Source of the DNA: a virus
Virus record (IMG/VR): IMGVR_UViG_3300009093_000036
Coordinates: 131,356 to 195,355 of that record
DNA: 64,000 nucleotides
Strand: one strand, 5' to 3'
This document shows, in pieces, positions 27,135-37,466 of the stretch. Under the pieces are notes generated by a model that made no database searches, had not been told where the DNA came from, and saw only the letters and a program-made list of their open reading frames with translations. Positions within the stretch are counted from its first letter, which is position 1. Each line of letters opens with the position of its first letter. A program made the translations under genes and the position numbers.

Positions 27135-28247
27135 TCAGAAGGAGACGACGCCCGGGAAGAACGTGCGATCCGCGGCGCGGTTGTTCGGCGCCCCGAGATC
27201 CTCCTCCACCTTCGGCGAGACCGAGGAGAGGATCGAGTCCGTGTTCAGCGACGTCGCGTCACCGGAGTAGAGCTCCAGCTTGCGGACCGACGCCACGTTG
27301 ACGATCGACATGCCGACGTCCTTCCACGCGACGAACTTGATCAGGTTGATCACCTTGTCGATGTAGAACTTGACGTTGTTCAGGATGTAGAAGCGACCCA
27401 GGAACTCCGGCGACGTGTACGCGTACACGTTGCCCGGACGGAGGATGTCCGTCTTGATGGTCCGGATCAGCTTCTTGCCGAGCAGGGTGTTGAACTGCCA
27501 GCCCTGAACGGTGGTCTCGCTCTGCACCTTCGAGCCCTGGTCCTCGATCGTCCACTGGAGGACGTCGTCGAGATCCTTGCTCGTGATGAGGATGAGCTCG
27601 CACTCCAAGCGGTTGCCGTCGAGTAGCTTCATCAGGTTGACGATGTCCGGGCGCTGGATCGGACGAACGATCGCGTCGTTCGTCGAAGCCGCACGCGCGA
27701 GCTCGCCCTTGATGACCGAGAACTCCACCGGCGGCGTGCCGCTCTGGAGACCCGTCGCGTTGAGCGCCGTCGTCGAGCCGTTGGCCTCGGTCTGGAGCGC
27801 CTGCACCGCGGCCTCGGAGTAGATCAGGAACTGACGGTCCTGGATCTCGCCGATGTCGCGGATCGAGTTCTGCTCGACCACCTTCCCGAGCGGGTACGGG
27901 TAAGCCAGGAACTCCTGCTCCGGCTTCTGGTACATCTCGCTCATGATGGTGATGAACGGCACCTCGACGCGCTCGCCGCGGAGCAGCCGAGCCGAGGGCT
28001 CGCCACGGAAGGTGACCACCATGGCGCGCGAACGCGGCTCCAGGTGCTCGATCTTCACGAGCGAGTCGTGGTTGACCGAGATCTGGCAGTCGCTGCGCGT
28101 GACGGTCTGGGGCGGGAGGACCCGCTCCAGGAACGACGCCTCGCGCAGGCGATCTCGGATGTAGCCCCCGACCTCCGCCGCGAGCTTCGTCTTCGCGTCG
28201 GGGTTCGAGAGGTGCTGAATGGTCAGCTCCTTTGCATCGTGCAGCAT
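27135..28247 (-). CDS. major capsid protein (HK97 fold inferred)
   Basis: 370 aa, strong SD (AAAAGGAGATAGGAG), follows protease/scaffold/decoration genes; KLAA near the N-terminus. Confidence 0.75.
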   Translation of the reverse strand: MLHDAKELTIQHLSNPDAKTKLAAEVGGYIRDRLREASFLERVLPPQTVTRSDCQISVNHDSLVKIEHLEPRSRAMVVTFRGEPSARLLRGERVEVPFITIMSEMYQKPEQEFLAYPYPLGKVVEQNSIRDIGEIQDRQFLIYSEAAVQALQTEANGSTTALNATGLQSGTPPVEFSVIKGELARAASTNDAIVRPIQRPDIVNLMKLLDGNRLECELILITSKDLDDVLQWTIEDQGSKVQSETTVQGWQFNTLLGKKLIRTIKTDILRPGNVYAYTSPEFLGRFYILNNVKFYIDKVINLIKFVAWKDVGMSIVNVASVRKLELYSGDATSLNTDSILSSVSPKVEEDLGAPNNRAADRTFFPGVVSF

Positions 28248-28302
28248 GATGTTCTCCTATCTCCTTTTCTGTCTGTCCGTCCGTCCCGACTTGCCGTCCG
28301 GA

Positions 28303-28785
28303 TCAGACCGCCGTCTGAAGGAAGCGGAGACGACCACCGTTGGTGATCGCCAGCCGCGTCACGTAGCCGATGATGAGGTTGGAGCCCGTGCGGAGGATGA
28401 GCCCCGAACGCGTCTGCCCACCGACCGTGCACGCGCCCGTCATGAGCGGGCTGTGGAGGACGAGCGACGTCGTGTCGTACACGATCGTGTCCGCCTCGTA
28501 CGTGCCGCCCTTGAGGATGGCCGCCTTGCCGGTCGCCTGCATCCCGAGGTCACCGCGCCACTCCAGGAAGGCGTAGGCGGGGACGAGCGGGCCCTGGTCC
28601 GTCGCGCGGACGAGCTTGTACGTGCTGTCCTCCGTGACGAACTCACCGTCCATCAGCGGGACCTTGCCCGAGATGTTGGGGTTGAGAAGGTCCTTGTCCG
28701 CGACCTCCATCGCCGGGCGCATCAGGCGATCCCAGGACGTCGGGAACACCACCTCGAACTTCCGATCGTTCGTGCTCATGATCAT
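28303..28785 (-). CDS. putative capsid decoration/cement protein
   Basis: 160-aa beta-rich protein immediately upstream of MCP. Confidence 0.55.
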   Translation of the reverse strand: MIMSTNDRKFEVVFPTSWDRLMRPAMEVADKDLLNPNISGKVPLMDGEFVTEDSTYKLVRATDQGPLVPAYAFLEWRGDLGMQATGKAAILKGGTYEADTIVYDTTSLVLHSPLMTGACTVGGQTRSGLILRTGSNLIIGYVTRLAITNGGRLRFLQTAV

Positions 28786-28812
28786 CTCTCCTGTCTGGTT
28801 CCTCGGTGTGGA

Positions 28813-29217
28813 TCAGCCAATCGCCTGAACGAGCGCGTCCAGGTGATTGTAGTTCGCCGAGGAACCGAGCTCCCCGGACAACGTCGTCGACCCCGCACCG
28901 TGCGAAGACGAGGTCTCCTCGTCGGTGCGGAGCGTCGCCAGCTTGAAGCCGCCTGCGCTCATCTCGACGGCGGCTTCGATGCCGTCGAGCTTCGAGGGAT
29001 CGACGGCGCTGAGCATCGCGACCTTCTCGGTCAGCGACAGAGCGGGCTCCAGGCCGCGCTCGTGCATCCGCATCGCGAGCTTGTGCACGTGAAGCTCACG
29101 CTCCACGGCCGTGTTGGTGGCCTGGAGCTCCAGGTTGTCGGACGCGAGCTTCCGGATCGTCTTGGCGCCCTCCAGGAGGACGGCCGGCGAATCGGAAGCG
29201 AGCTTCGTGAGGTCCAT
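28813..29217 (-). CDS. scaffold-like helical protein (KxA family)
   Basis: KLAS x2, KLAT; coiled coil. Confidence 0.55.
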   Translation of the reverse strand: MDLTKLASDSPAVLLEGAKTIRKLASDNLELQATNTAVERELHVHKLAMRMHERGLEPALSLTEKVAMLSAVDPSKLDGIEAAVEMSAGGFKLATLRTDEETSSSHGAGSTTLSGELGSSANYNHLDALVQAIG

Positions 29218-29229
29218 GTTCGTCTCCCT

Positions 29230-30135
29230 TCAGGCGGCCGTGCTGGCCGCCGCCTTGCGTGCTGCCGCGGTGTTGAGGATGGAGGCGATCTTCGCCCCTT
29301 CGATGTGGTCGAGGTTGTCGGAGAGGCCCTTGTCGGTCTTCGCCGAGAGGGCGGTCTCCGAGACGTGCTTGCCGGCCTCGGTGCGGACGTCCTTCGTCTT
29401 GGCGTCGCGCTTGGTCATCGAGATCATACCCGCGTTGTCGCGGACCGGACCCGTGGGGACCGGGAGGTCGCCCTGGTTGCGGTTCGTCGGCAGCGTCTTG
29501 GGGTTGCCGTGGACGAGCTTCGTGGAGGCGTCCTCCTCCTCGTACGCCTTCTTGGCGCGATCGAAGTCGGCGCGAGCCGCGTTCGCGAGGTCGGTGGCTT
29601 CCTTCGCACGGCCGACCGCGAGCAGAGCATTGCTCTGAGCGATCTTCGCCATGAGGACTTCCTCGGCCGCGCTCTTGGACTTGCTCCAGTTCGCGTCGTT
29701 CTTGTTCGTCTCGATGTGCATGCCGCTGCCCGGGCCACCGCCCGAGTGCGCACGCTGCGCCGGGATCGACGACGCGGACGTCATCGTGTCCTTCGTCGGG
29801 CCCTTGTCGGGCGAGACGAGGACCTCGGGGCCGCTGCGGTCCTGCACGTTCGTGCTGCCGCCGCCCCGATTCGTGCCCATCTCGGCGAGCTTGGGCATCA
29901 CGAGCGCGAGGTGTTCCATCACCTCGACGACCTTCACGGCCTCGGCCGCCGTCGAGACCACGCTGGCGCGCTTCTCGGCTTCCTTCGTGCGGACCGGAAC
30001 GGCGGCTGCCGCTGCGGCGCGCTTCTCGGCTGCGGCGACCTTCGCGGCCTCCGCTGCCTTCGCATCGACCGTCGAAGCGATCTTCTCGCTTGCCGACTCG
30101 ATGGCGGAACTCACCAATGCACTGAGCTTTCGCAT
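29230..30135 (-). CDS. scaffold/core-like protein (KxA family)
   Basis: Start MRKLSAL; KIAS x2, KVAA, KRAS, KLAE. Confidence 0.6.
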   Translation of the reverse strand: MRKLSALVSSAIESASEKIASTVDAKAAEAAKVAAAEKRAAAAAAVPVRTKEAEKRASVVSTAAEAVKVVEVMEHLALVMPKLAEMGTNRGGGSTNVQDRSGPEVLVSPDKGPTKDTMTSASSIPAQRAHSGGGPGSGMHIETNKNDANWSKSKSAAEEVLMAKIAQSNALLAVGRAKEATDLANAARADFDRAKKAYEEEDASTKLVHGNPKTLPTNRNQGDLPVPTGPVRDNAGMISMTKRDAKTKDVRTEAGKHVSETALSAKTDKGLSDNLDHIEGAKIASILNTAAARKAAASTAA

Positions 30136-30145
30136 GACGTCTTCC

Positions 30146-30379
30146 TCACTGCACCGGCGGAGGCGGTGCGTTCTTCTGCGCCAACGAGCTATCGCTGGGG
30201 GTTGCTTGGGACGGGTTCGGCGACGACCACTGCGACTTGCTGGGTGCGTTGGTCGACTTGAGCTTCTGTGACGCATCACCCATCCCAGACGAGGCGTACG
30301 ACGAGCTCGGCCTGATGGAGGCGGTGGACGCCGTCTTCAGGAAGCTGTCGAACATCAAGTTGGGATGGGTGCTCATCAC
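30146..30379 (-). CDS. small S/P-rich protein with KTAS
   Basis: 77-aa ORF fills the gap in the head operon; FLKTAS motif. Confidence 0.45.
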   Translation of the reverse strand: MMSTHPNLMFDSFLKTASTASIRPSSSYASSGMGDASQKLKSTNAPSKSQWSSPNPSQATPSDSSLAQKNAPPPPVQ

Positions 30380-30400
30380 GGTGTTGCTCAGGTGCCGGGC

Positions 30401-31234
30401 TCAGCCGACCTTGTAGCCCTTCAGGGCGAGGAGGTTGATGGCGGCGGCGTCGACCTGCTCTTCGGCGGAAGCGAACTTCGCGCTCGTGGCCGGGTTGACC
30501 CCGTTCTCGATGAGGATCTGAGCGGCGCGGAGCTCCGCGACCTTGGCGAAGTTGGCCTTCTTCTCGGCCTCTTCCTTCTCCTTCTTCTCGTCCTCGTCCT
30601 TCTTCTCGTTCTTCTCGTCCTTGCCCTTGCCGTGCATGTGCTCGGCGAACTGCGGGGGCATGCCACCGGCGGTCTTCGCGCGGAGCTCACGAACGAGAGC
30701 GGCCTTCTTCTCGTTCTTCTCTTCCTCGCGCTTCTCCTCGTCGGTCTTGCCGGCGGCGACCTTGTTCGCCTCGGCGATCTTCGAGAGCTCGTCGACGTAG
30801 GAGTGCGCCATCACGCGACCGATCGCATCGGCCTCCGCGAGCTTCTCCTGGAACGCGGCCTGCTTCGTCGCGTAGGTGGGGTCGCTCATGAGCTCCGCCA
30901 TCTTCACGACGGCATCGTTGAGCTCCGCCGGCGACGCCTTCGTCAGGTCGTACCCGTTCGCCGCGGCGACCTTCACGACCTCGGCCATCGCCATGCCGTA
31001 GTCGACCTGCGGCTGCTCGCCCGCCACCTTCTCGGGCTGCGCCGCCGGGGCCGCTGCCTGGGGAGCCGTACCCGCCGGGGGCGTGGTCTCGGTCGCGACC
31101 TTGGGCTCGTTCATGAGCATCTCCAGGAGGTCCATCGACTCCTGCTCCGTGAAGTCGCTCAGCGTGAGGCCGCGGTCCGCCGCCAGCTTCACCAGAGCAT
31201 CACCTGCCGCTGCGATCTTCGTCTCGAAATCCAT
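30401..31234 (-). CDS. putative prohead scaffolding protein
   Basis: Highly charged helical protein directly after the protease; more than 10 KxA motifs; EADAIGRVMAHSYVDELSKIA. Confidence 0.6.
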   Translation of the reverse strand: MDFETKIAAAGDALVKLAADRGLTLSDFTEQESMDLLEMLMNEPKVATETTPPAGTAPQAAAPAAQPEKVAGEQPQVDYGMAMAEVVKVAAANGYDLTKASPAELNDAVVKMAELMSDPTYATKQAAFQEKLAEADAIGRVMAHSYVDELSKIAEANKVAAGKTDEEKREEEKNEKKAALVRELRAKTAGGMPPQFAEHMHGKGKDEKNEKKDEDEKKEKEEAEKKANFAKVAELRAAQILIENGVNPATSAKFASAEEQVDAAAINLLALKGYKVG

Positions 31235-31300
31235 GATCTACCTCGTCGTTCGTCGTTGCCCGATCGTCGGTGGCCGCGCGAAGCAGCCTCGGAAGGGGAG

Positions 31301-33106
31301 TTACAGAGCAACCTGCACTGCGTTCCGGAGACCGGAGATGAAGTTGGTGTTCCGATTCATCGTGGAGCAGACCTCGTCACCGAGAGCGCTGAGCTTGCGG
31401 TAATCGGGGCTTGTCATCACGTACTCCACAGCAACACCAAGTTCCTCTTCGACCTCTGCCACCTTTTCGAGGTGAGCCGAAATCCAATGTACCACGGTGG
31501 ATGAAGACAGGAGAAGACCCGCCAGGGAAGATGTCTTCGTCAACTCCCTGAAGTCGGGCGGGCACGCCTCGTGGTACTTGGGCATCAGATGCTCCGCCTG
31601 CTTCAGCAGAGAAGCCCGGTACCCGTTGTAGAGAGCCGCGACATCATGAACGAAGACGGCGTCGAGTAGTTGTGGAACAGGGGCCGAAGCCGTCTTCGAC
31701 ATCATGCCCAGCCGGTAGTGCAGATGCGGGGCAAACGAAGAGCGATGCTCCACGTACGGCATGAGCCTCTCGGCCAGCTTCAACGAGAAGAGCTGGGGGT
31801 CCACGGCATACCCAGTCTCGTACTCCGGCAACGACGTTTTGAACGTCATGTTGTGGTCGGCGGCCATCGACGCGACCTTCGCGTGGAACGGGTGCTCGGT
31901 GCCGACGACGCCATGGAACTCGTTCGGCTTGAGCATGATGCCCAGACCCGCGAGTGTGGACAGCAGAGTGCGAGCACCGACCTCCTTCGAGAAGTCAGCC
32001 AGCTCTCCGAACGGGATGTCCATCTCTCCGTTGGCACAGAGCTCGACCTTGCGAGCGATGCCACCAGGGATCTCCTTCTCCATCGCCGTCTTCTTGATGT
32101 TCCTGATGTGCTCTCGGGTAAGAAGGGTTCCAGGGCCTGCCTTCTCACTGGCCGTCTTCGACATGTCTGAGGCCCCCTTCAAGAGCTCACCGATGCTCTG
32201 CGGACGCTGACGAGCTCCGGCACGACTGCCGCTTGCACTCATGAAGAACATGACTCGTGCAGTACGGTCCGCACCGATCCACACGAAGCTGATGTCGAAG
32301 AAGCGCGGGTAGTCGTTGTAGACGAAGACCTTCTGGCCGTCGTCGAGCACCTGACCGCGCTGCTTGACCATGTGGTCGCAGTAGTCGGCCTTCGTGATCG
32401 CAAGACCACGAATGGGCTTCACGGTCCGGTGGTACACGAGGATGGCGACGCCGGGGCTGGCGTGACGCTTCGGGTCGTACGCCTTCTTCGCCTTCTTGAC
32501 GGTCTCCCAGTCCGTGCAGATCGAGCAGAAGTCGAAAGGCACCTTGCAGCCCATCGAGACATCGACTCGATCACCCCGGCCGATCCTATCAAGAATCGCA
32601 GAGTGACCCCGTTGCATGGCGAGGTCGACATCGACCCGCATCACGAGCTCGATGCGCTTCTGCGCCTCGTTGCGTGCGACGAAAACGACGTCACCGAAGC
32701 CCAGCGACGTGGGGTCCGTGTTCTTGTGGTGGGCGTAGACGGTCGCGCCGTAGTAGCTGGGGTAGCCGAAGGGCCAGCTCTTCGCGATGCGAGCCTGAAC
32801 GACGGGATCCGTCTCCCAGTTCTCGTACTCGCCATGGAGGTGACACGTCTCGGGGGCGTGCAGCAGACCGTTGAAGTCGAGGTGCGGGTTGTACCCGTAG
32901 TAGTCGACGTTCGAGTTCGGCCCGTAGTACTCCGAGTACCCCATCGCGTTCACGTGCGTGAACATGTACTTGGGGTCCGGGCGAAGACGCGAGATGAAGT
33001 CCTCGACGAGCGGCAGAGCGCCGGCCACTTTCGTCATGTGGCCGGCCTCGATGAGATGAACCGGCGGCTCGCCTTCAGCCGACGAGAACGCGCGCTTCAG
33101 CATCAT
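31301..33106 (-). CDS. prohead (maturation) protease with long C-terminal extension
   Basis: YAHHKN, DVSMGCKVPFDFCSIC and FFDISFVWIGADRTA match HK97/assemblin-fold prohead proteases; position upstream of scaffold/MCP. Confidence 0.7.
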   Translation of the reverse strand: MMLKRAFSSAEGEPPVHLIEAGHMTKVAGALPLVEDFISRLRPDPKYMFTHVNAMGYSEYYGPNSNVDYYGYNPHLDFNGLLHAPETCHLHGEYENWETDPVVQARIAKSWPFGYPSYYGATVYAHHKNTDPTSLGFGDVVFVARNEAQKRIELVMRVDVDLAMQRGHSAILDRIGRGDRVDVSMGCKVPFDFCSICTDWETVKKAKKAYDPKRHASPGVAILVYHRTVKPIRGLAITKADYCDHMVKQRGQVLDDGQKVFVYNDYPRFFDISFVWIGADRTARVMFFMSASGSRAGARQRPQSIGELLKGASDMSKTASEKAGPGTLLTREHIRNIKKTAMEKEIPGGIARKVELCANGEMDIPFGELADFSKEVGARTLLSTLAGLGIMLKPNEFHGVVGTEHPFHAKVASMAADHNMTFKTSLPEYETGYAVDPQLFSLKLAERLMPYVEHRSSFAPHLHYRLGMMSKTASAPVPQLLDAVFVHDVAALYNGYRASLLKQAEHLMPKYHEACPPDFRELTKTSSLAGLLLSSSTVVHWISAHLEKVAEVEEELGVAVEYVMTSPDYRKLSALGDEVCSTMNRNTNFISGLRNAVQVAL

Positions 33107-33109
33107 GGA

Positions 33110-33727
33110 TCAGGTCTCGGGAGTGCTGCTGCTGGCGTTTCGGCGCATCCTCTGAACGTGGCTCTTGAGCATGCGGTTGTGCCGCTGCGAGACGTTGAGG
33201 TCGTGGCGCAGGCCTTCCGACTTGTCCTTCTTCGAGGCATCGCCCATGCGGAGGATGACGTCGCTGAGGTCCTTGCCGAAGTGACCCGGCTCCGGACGCT
33301 TGAGGGCGCTGAGCTGACGAGCCTGCTCGAACAACGCGGCGTGGGGGTTCGTCGGGTTGTTCATAGTCGCCATGTTGTTCACGAAGCTGGCCGCGACCGT
33401 GGGGTCGTTGGCGAGCTCCGGGTTCAGGCGATGCAGCGTGTTGAAGTAGCGCTGGACGTCCTCCGCGTTCCTGTCGTGCAGGTGCGGGTTCTGCGCCATC
33501 ATCGTCTTGTAGGCGTCGGCCTTGCGGGTGGCTTCGGTCATCTTCGAGATGACGGCCCCGATGCCCTGAGCTGCGAGCGTGGCGAGCGGAACGGCGATCG
33601 GAGCCACCTCCATCATCGTGCGCCCCAGGCCCTTCAGGTGCTGAAGGTCACCGGGACCGACGAGAGCGGAGGTCTTGGCGACGACACCGACGTACTCGCG
33701 AGCGCTTGCATGCTTGGAGATCAACAT
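33110..33727 (-). CDS. putative head protein (KxA family)
   Basis: KHAS, KTSA; NPHL...FNTLHRLNPELANDP. Confidence 0.6.
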   Translation of the reverse strand: MLISKHASAREYVGVVAKTSALVGPGDLQHLKGLGRTMMEVAPIAVPLATLAAQGIGAVISKMTEATRKADAYKTMMAQNPHLHDRNAEDVQRYFNTLHRLNPELANDPTVAASFVNNMATMNNPTNPHAALFEQARQLSALKRPEPGHFGKDLSDVILRMGDASKKDKSEGLRHDLNVSQRHNRMLKSHVQRMRRNASSSTPET

Positions 33728-34062
33728 CAGTAGTACCCTCCTCCACCGCTACCGAAGTCGCCAGGGCGAGAACCGAAGTCCCTCGGGATGAGGGCGGACC
33801 CGACCGCGTTGCCGGCAGCACCCATCTGCTGACCGAGCCACGCCTTGCCGCGACGGGTGGGAGCGTACTGGTTGGCGGCGTGGTTGGCGACCAGAACGGG
33901 AGCTGCATAGCCCACCGTCTTGCCGATCGCCTCCGAGCCGAGGTTCTTGCCGATGGCTCCCCCCACGCTTCCAGCGGCCTGGAACACCTTGCCGGTAGCC
34001 TTGCCTACGGTCTTCGCAGCCTCGGCAAGGCCGGCCAGCTTCAGAAGCGTGATGGGGTTCAT
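33727..34062 (-). CDS. small Gly/Ala-rich putative head protein
   Basis: KLAG at the N-terminus; translationally coupled. Confidence 0.55.
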   Translation of the reverse strand: MNPITLLKLAGLAEAAKTVGKATGKVFQAAGSVGGAIGKNLGSEAIGKTVGYAAPVLVANHAANQYAPTRRGKAWLGQQMGAAGNAVGSALIPRDFGSRPGDFGSGGGGYY

Positions 34063-34865
34063 CGGTGACTCCGCAGGAAGTCCGACACGCGGACGAGCTC
34101 GCTCTCGACTTCACGAAGCGCCTCGCAGGCGACCTCGTAGTCGTGAGCATGCTTCACGAACGCAGCGAACGTCGAGCGGATCGGGTGACCTTCCGAGATC
34201 ACCCGGCTTGCCGTCTTCACGCCGTGAGGCGCACGAGTGGGGTTGAGCGCCGAGAGGAGCTCGACGGCGTGCTTGGGGGAAACGCTGCCCCAGGCTCGCT
34301 CGAAGTCCTCGAAGAACGCCCCATCGAGACAGGCGCTCTTCACGAGCCCTGCCAGCTTCTGGACGTCCTCGGTGACGTAGTAGCTGCTCACGGTGACCCG
34401 CTCTGCGAGGTCGACGTGCGTAGCCTGGAGCTGCTCGCGCAGCTCGCTGATGTCGGCGAGGGCTGCCCGCTTCTCCGAGACGTCGTGGACGCCCGACTGC
34501 GACGAGACGCTCGCGGTCTTGCGAACGGGCTCCATCGAGTACTCCGACATGCTGCGTGCACGTGCCGGGGCCGAGGCCGCCTTGAGGCGCTCGATGACGG
34601 CGCTCGCATCGGCCGGACCGCCGTCGAGCTCGACCACACGCATGGACGGGTCCATGGAGGCGAACTTCCGGTGGAAGGCCTCGTGATTCGCGGCCTCGAC
34701 GACGCGACGGATCTGCTGCTCGTTGAGCTTCGTCATGCCGATCGAACGCACTGCGGCGTCCGTCAGGGACATGCCCGACGTCTCCGCAGTCTGAGCGGCC
34801 GTCTTGCCGAGCTGCGTGAGCTGCTCTGCCGAAGTCGTGTGCCAGGTGTTTGCTTCGAGGTTCAT
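34059..34865 (-). CDS. putative head protein (KxA family)
   Basis: AGGAG SD; KTAA, KFAS, KTAS x2, KRAA, KLAG. Confidence 0.65.
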   Translation of the reverse strand: MNLEANTWHTTSAEQLTQLGKTAAQTAETSGMSLTDAAVRSIGMTKLNEQQIRRVVEAANHEAFHRKFASMDPSMRVVELDGGPADASAVIERLKAASAPARARSMSEYSMEPVRKTASVSSQSGVHDVSEKRAALADISELREQLQATHVDLAERVTVSSYYVTEDVQKLAGLVKSACLDGAFFEDFERAWGSVSPKHAVELLSALNPTRAPHGVKTASRVISEGHPIRSTFAAFVKHAHDYEVACEALREVESELVRVSDFLRSHR

Positions 34866-34945
34866 CTTCGTGCTCCTGTTGATGCAGGGGCCCAGGTCAG
34901 TGCCTAGGATAGCTCAGGATCCTGCAAGTAGGGAAGGAAACACAC

Positions 34946-35401
34946 ATGAACCATGCCAGGCTCCTCGATCTCGAAGTTGACGTCGTCACTCTGCGGCGTC
35001 GTCTTGATGCTCTGGAGGCCCGTCTCACCGGCTCTGTGCAGGACCTCAACGGGCCGCAGCCGTTGTTCGACTTGTACTCCCACCTGCTGCTGGACGGCCT
35101 AGAACCAAGCCCCGATGCTGTCGCTCTGCTGCGCACCTGTGTGATGTTGATGACGCCTCGTGCGTTGCTCGACCTCGCACGACTGACCGGCGACATGTTC
35201 GCGTGGAGGCCGTTCCTCTCCGCGCTCGACGTCATGCACACCCGTGGCTACGACGTCACAGAAGCGTCAGAGTGGCTCGTGAGCTCTGCGCAGGACCTCC
35301 TGCGAGCCCAAGGCCTCGGGATGCTGCGGCCCGAGGATGTCCTTCGTTCACCCATGGGACCGATCGCTACGATGAAGCGGATCGCCCTATCAGGAAGGTG
35401 A
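34946..35401 (+). CDS. hypothetical protein
   Basis: 151-aa ORF, AAGGA SD. Confidence 0.6.
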   Translation: MNHARLLDLEVDVVTLRRRLDALEARLTGSVQDLNGPQPLFDLYSHLLLDGLEPSPDAVALLRTCVMLMTPRALLDLARLTGDMFAWRPFLSALDVMHTRGYDVTEASEWLVSSAQDLLRAQGLGMLRPEDVLRSPMGPIATMKRIALSGR

Positions 35402-35402
35402 A
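35387..35402 (+). promoter_or_regulatory. CTATNAG-class putative promoter (CTATCAGGAAGGTGAA)
   Basis: 28 nt before the gyrB ATG. Confidence 0.6.
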
Positions 35403-35414
35403 GGGATCACTTCT

Positions 35415-37364
35415 ATGACGAAGACGACCGCCAGCAAGAACAAGTACGACGCCTCCAGCATCCGCCAGCTCAAGGGGCTGGAAGCTGTCCGGGAGCGTCC
35501 CGGCATGTACCTCGGTGACCCTACGAGCGGTGATGCCCTCCACCACTGCGTGTGGGAGGCAGTCGACAACGCCGTCGATGAGCACCTGGGTGGTCATGCC
35601 TCGAACATCGCCGTCTCCCTGATGCCCGACGGCTGGGTCAGCGTGGAGGACGATGGCCGTGGCATCCCCGTGGGGATCCATCCCGAGGAGGGGATCTCCG
35701 CCCTCCAGATGGTGATGACCTCCCTGCACGCCGGCGGGAAGTTCGACCACAACAGCTACGACCAGAGCGCCGGCCTCCACGGCGTCGGCATCTCCGCGGT
35801 GAACGCTGTGAGCTCGGAGATGCAGGTCTTCGTGAACCGCGACGGGCACAGCTACATGCAGAGCTACGCGCGCGGCGTCCCCACGAGCGGAGTCGAGACC
35901 GTGGGGAAGTCGAAGCTGACGGGAACGAAGGTAGCGTTCCAGCGCGACCTCGACATCTTCCACGGCGTCATCGACTACGACTACGACATCATCGACACCC
36001 GGCTCCAGGAGCTCGCGTTCCTGAACCCCGGGCTCGTCATCACGTTCTCCGACACCCGCGGTAAGAAGCCGAAGCAGGTGCGCTACCACTACCAGGGCGG
36101 CATCAAGGAGTATGTCGAGGACTTGGTCTCGAAGAAGAAGCCGCTGATCCCCGTCCTCCACCTCCAGTCGTTCACGAAGAAGGTGGGCGCCGAGGTTGCC
36201 CTGACATGGACGGATGTTGCGAGCGACGACATCCGCTGCTTCGCCAACAACACGAAGAACCGCGACGGAGGGACCCACCTCACCGGGTTCAAGGCCGGCA
36301 TCACGAAGGTCGTCACCGACTACATCAAGACCCACGAGCTCGGGAAGTCGCTCGAAGACGGTGTCACCGGGGAGGACATCCGCACCGGGCTCGTCGCGGT
36401 CGTCAGCATCCGTATCCCCGACATCAGTTTCAGCTCGCAGACGAAGGACAAGCTCGTCACCGCCAGCGCCCGCAAGCTGGTCGAGGACCTCCTCACCGAG
36501 AAGCTCGAAGACTGGATGTCCGGCCACACCGATGCCGCCAAGCGCATCGCCGACCGAGCCGTCCTGAACGCGAAGGCGCGAGAGGCAGCCCGCCGTGCTC
36601 GGGAGGGCGTCTACCGCAAGTCCGAGATGGACATGCTCTCGCTGCCGGGGAAGCTGGCCGACTGCCAGAACAAGAACCCGGCGGAGTGCGAGATCTACAT
36701 CGTCGAGGGCGAGTCCGCCGGCGGGAGTGCGAAGGCGGGCAGAGACCGGAAGTATCAGGCCATCCTGCCGTTGCGCGGCAAGGTCCTGAACGTGGAGCGT
36801 GCTTCGTTGGAGGCGGTGGCAGAGAACGCCGAGCTCGGCACCCTCATCACGGCACTCGGCTGCGGGATGGAGGCGACCCGCAACTTCAACGTGAAGAACC
36901 TCCGCTACCACAAGATCGTCATCATGACCGACGCTGACGTCGATGGGTCGCACATCCGGACCCTCCTGCTGACGTTCTTCTATCGGTACACCCCCAGGCT
37001 CGTGTACGAGGGCTTCCTCTACATCGCGGTCCCGCCACTCTTCAAGTTGAAGAAGGGCTCGGTCGAGCGCTTCTTCACGGACGAGCAAGAGCTGCGGGCG
37101 TACTTCGTCTCGCAGGGGCTGTCCCCGCAGGAAGCTGGCGACCGCGGGTATCGGATCACCCGGTACAAGGGCCTCGGGGAGATGAACCCCGAGACGCTGT
37201 GGGCGACCACGATGAATCCGGAGGTCCGTGTGCTCAAGCAGGTGACGGTCGAGGACGCCCTGGAGAGCGAGCGCATGTTCGACTTGCTCATGGGGGCCGA
37301 CGTCGACAGCCGCCGCAGCTACATCGAGGCCAACGCCCTGGCTGTGCAGAACCTCGACATCTAG
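35415..37364 (+). CDS. gyrB: DNA gyrase subunit B (type IIA topoisomerase B subunit)
   Basis: EAVRERPGMYLG, DNAVDE, DDGRGIP, LHAGGKF, GLHGVG, PGKLADC, VEGESAGG, LPLRGK, MTDADVDGSHI, RYKGLGEMNP; GyrB-like end NALAVQNLDI. Confidence 0.95.
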   Translation: MTKTTASKNKYDASSIRQLKGLEAVRERPGMYLGDPTSGDALHHCVWEAVDNAVDEHLGGHASNIAVSLMPDGWVSVEDDGRGIPVGIHPEEGISALQMVMTSLHAGGKFDHNSYDQSAGLHGVGISAVNAVSSEMQVFVNRDGHSYMQSYARGVPTSGVETVGKSKLTGTKVAFQRDLDIFHGVIDYDYDIIDTRLQELAFLNPGLVITFSDTRGKKPKQVRYHYQGGIKEYVEDLVSKKKPLIPVLHLQSFTKKVGAEVALTWTDVASDDIRCFANNTKNRDGGTHLTGFKAGITKVVTDYIKTHELGKSLEDGVTGEDIRTGLVAVVSIRIPDISFSSQTKDKLVTASARKLVEDLLTEKLEDWMSGHTDAAKRIADRAVLNAKAREAARRAREGVYRKSEMDMLSLPGKLADCQNKNPAECEIYIVEGESAGGSAKAGRDRKYQAILPLRGKVLNVERASLEAVAENAELGTLITALGCGMEATRNFNVKNLRYHKIVIMTDADVDGSHIRTLLLTFFYRYTPRLVYEGFLYIAVPPLFKLKKGSVERFFTDEQELRAYFVSQGLSPQEAGDRGYRITRYKGLGEMNPETLWATTMNPEVRVLKQVTVEDALESERMFDLLMGADVDSRRSYIEANALAVQNLDI

Positions 37365-37387
37365 GTGAGAAAACGGCGCAGAACCCC

Positions 37388-37403
37388 CTATAAGTAAGAT
37401 GAA
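37388..37403 (+). promoter_or_regulatory. CTATNAG-class putative promoter (CTATAAGTAAGATGAA)
   Basis: Near-consensus copy in the intergenic gap after gyrB. Confidence 0.55.
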
Positions 37404-37466
37404 CGAGAAGATGCCGCTCGTTCAGCATGGGCCCAGGCATTGAGTTCGATACGGAGAAACAGGAAC

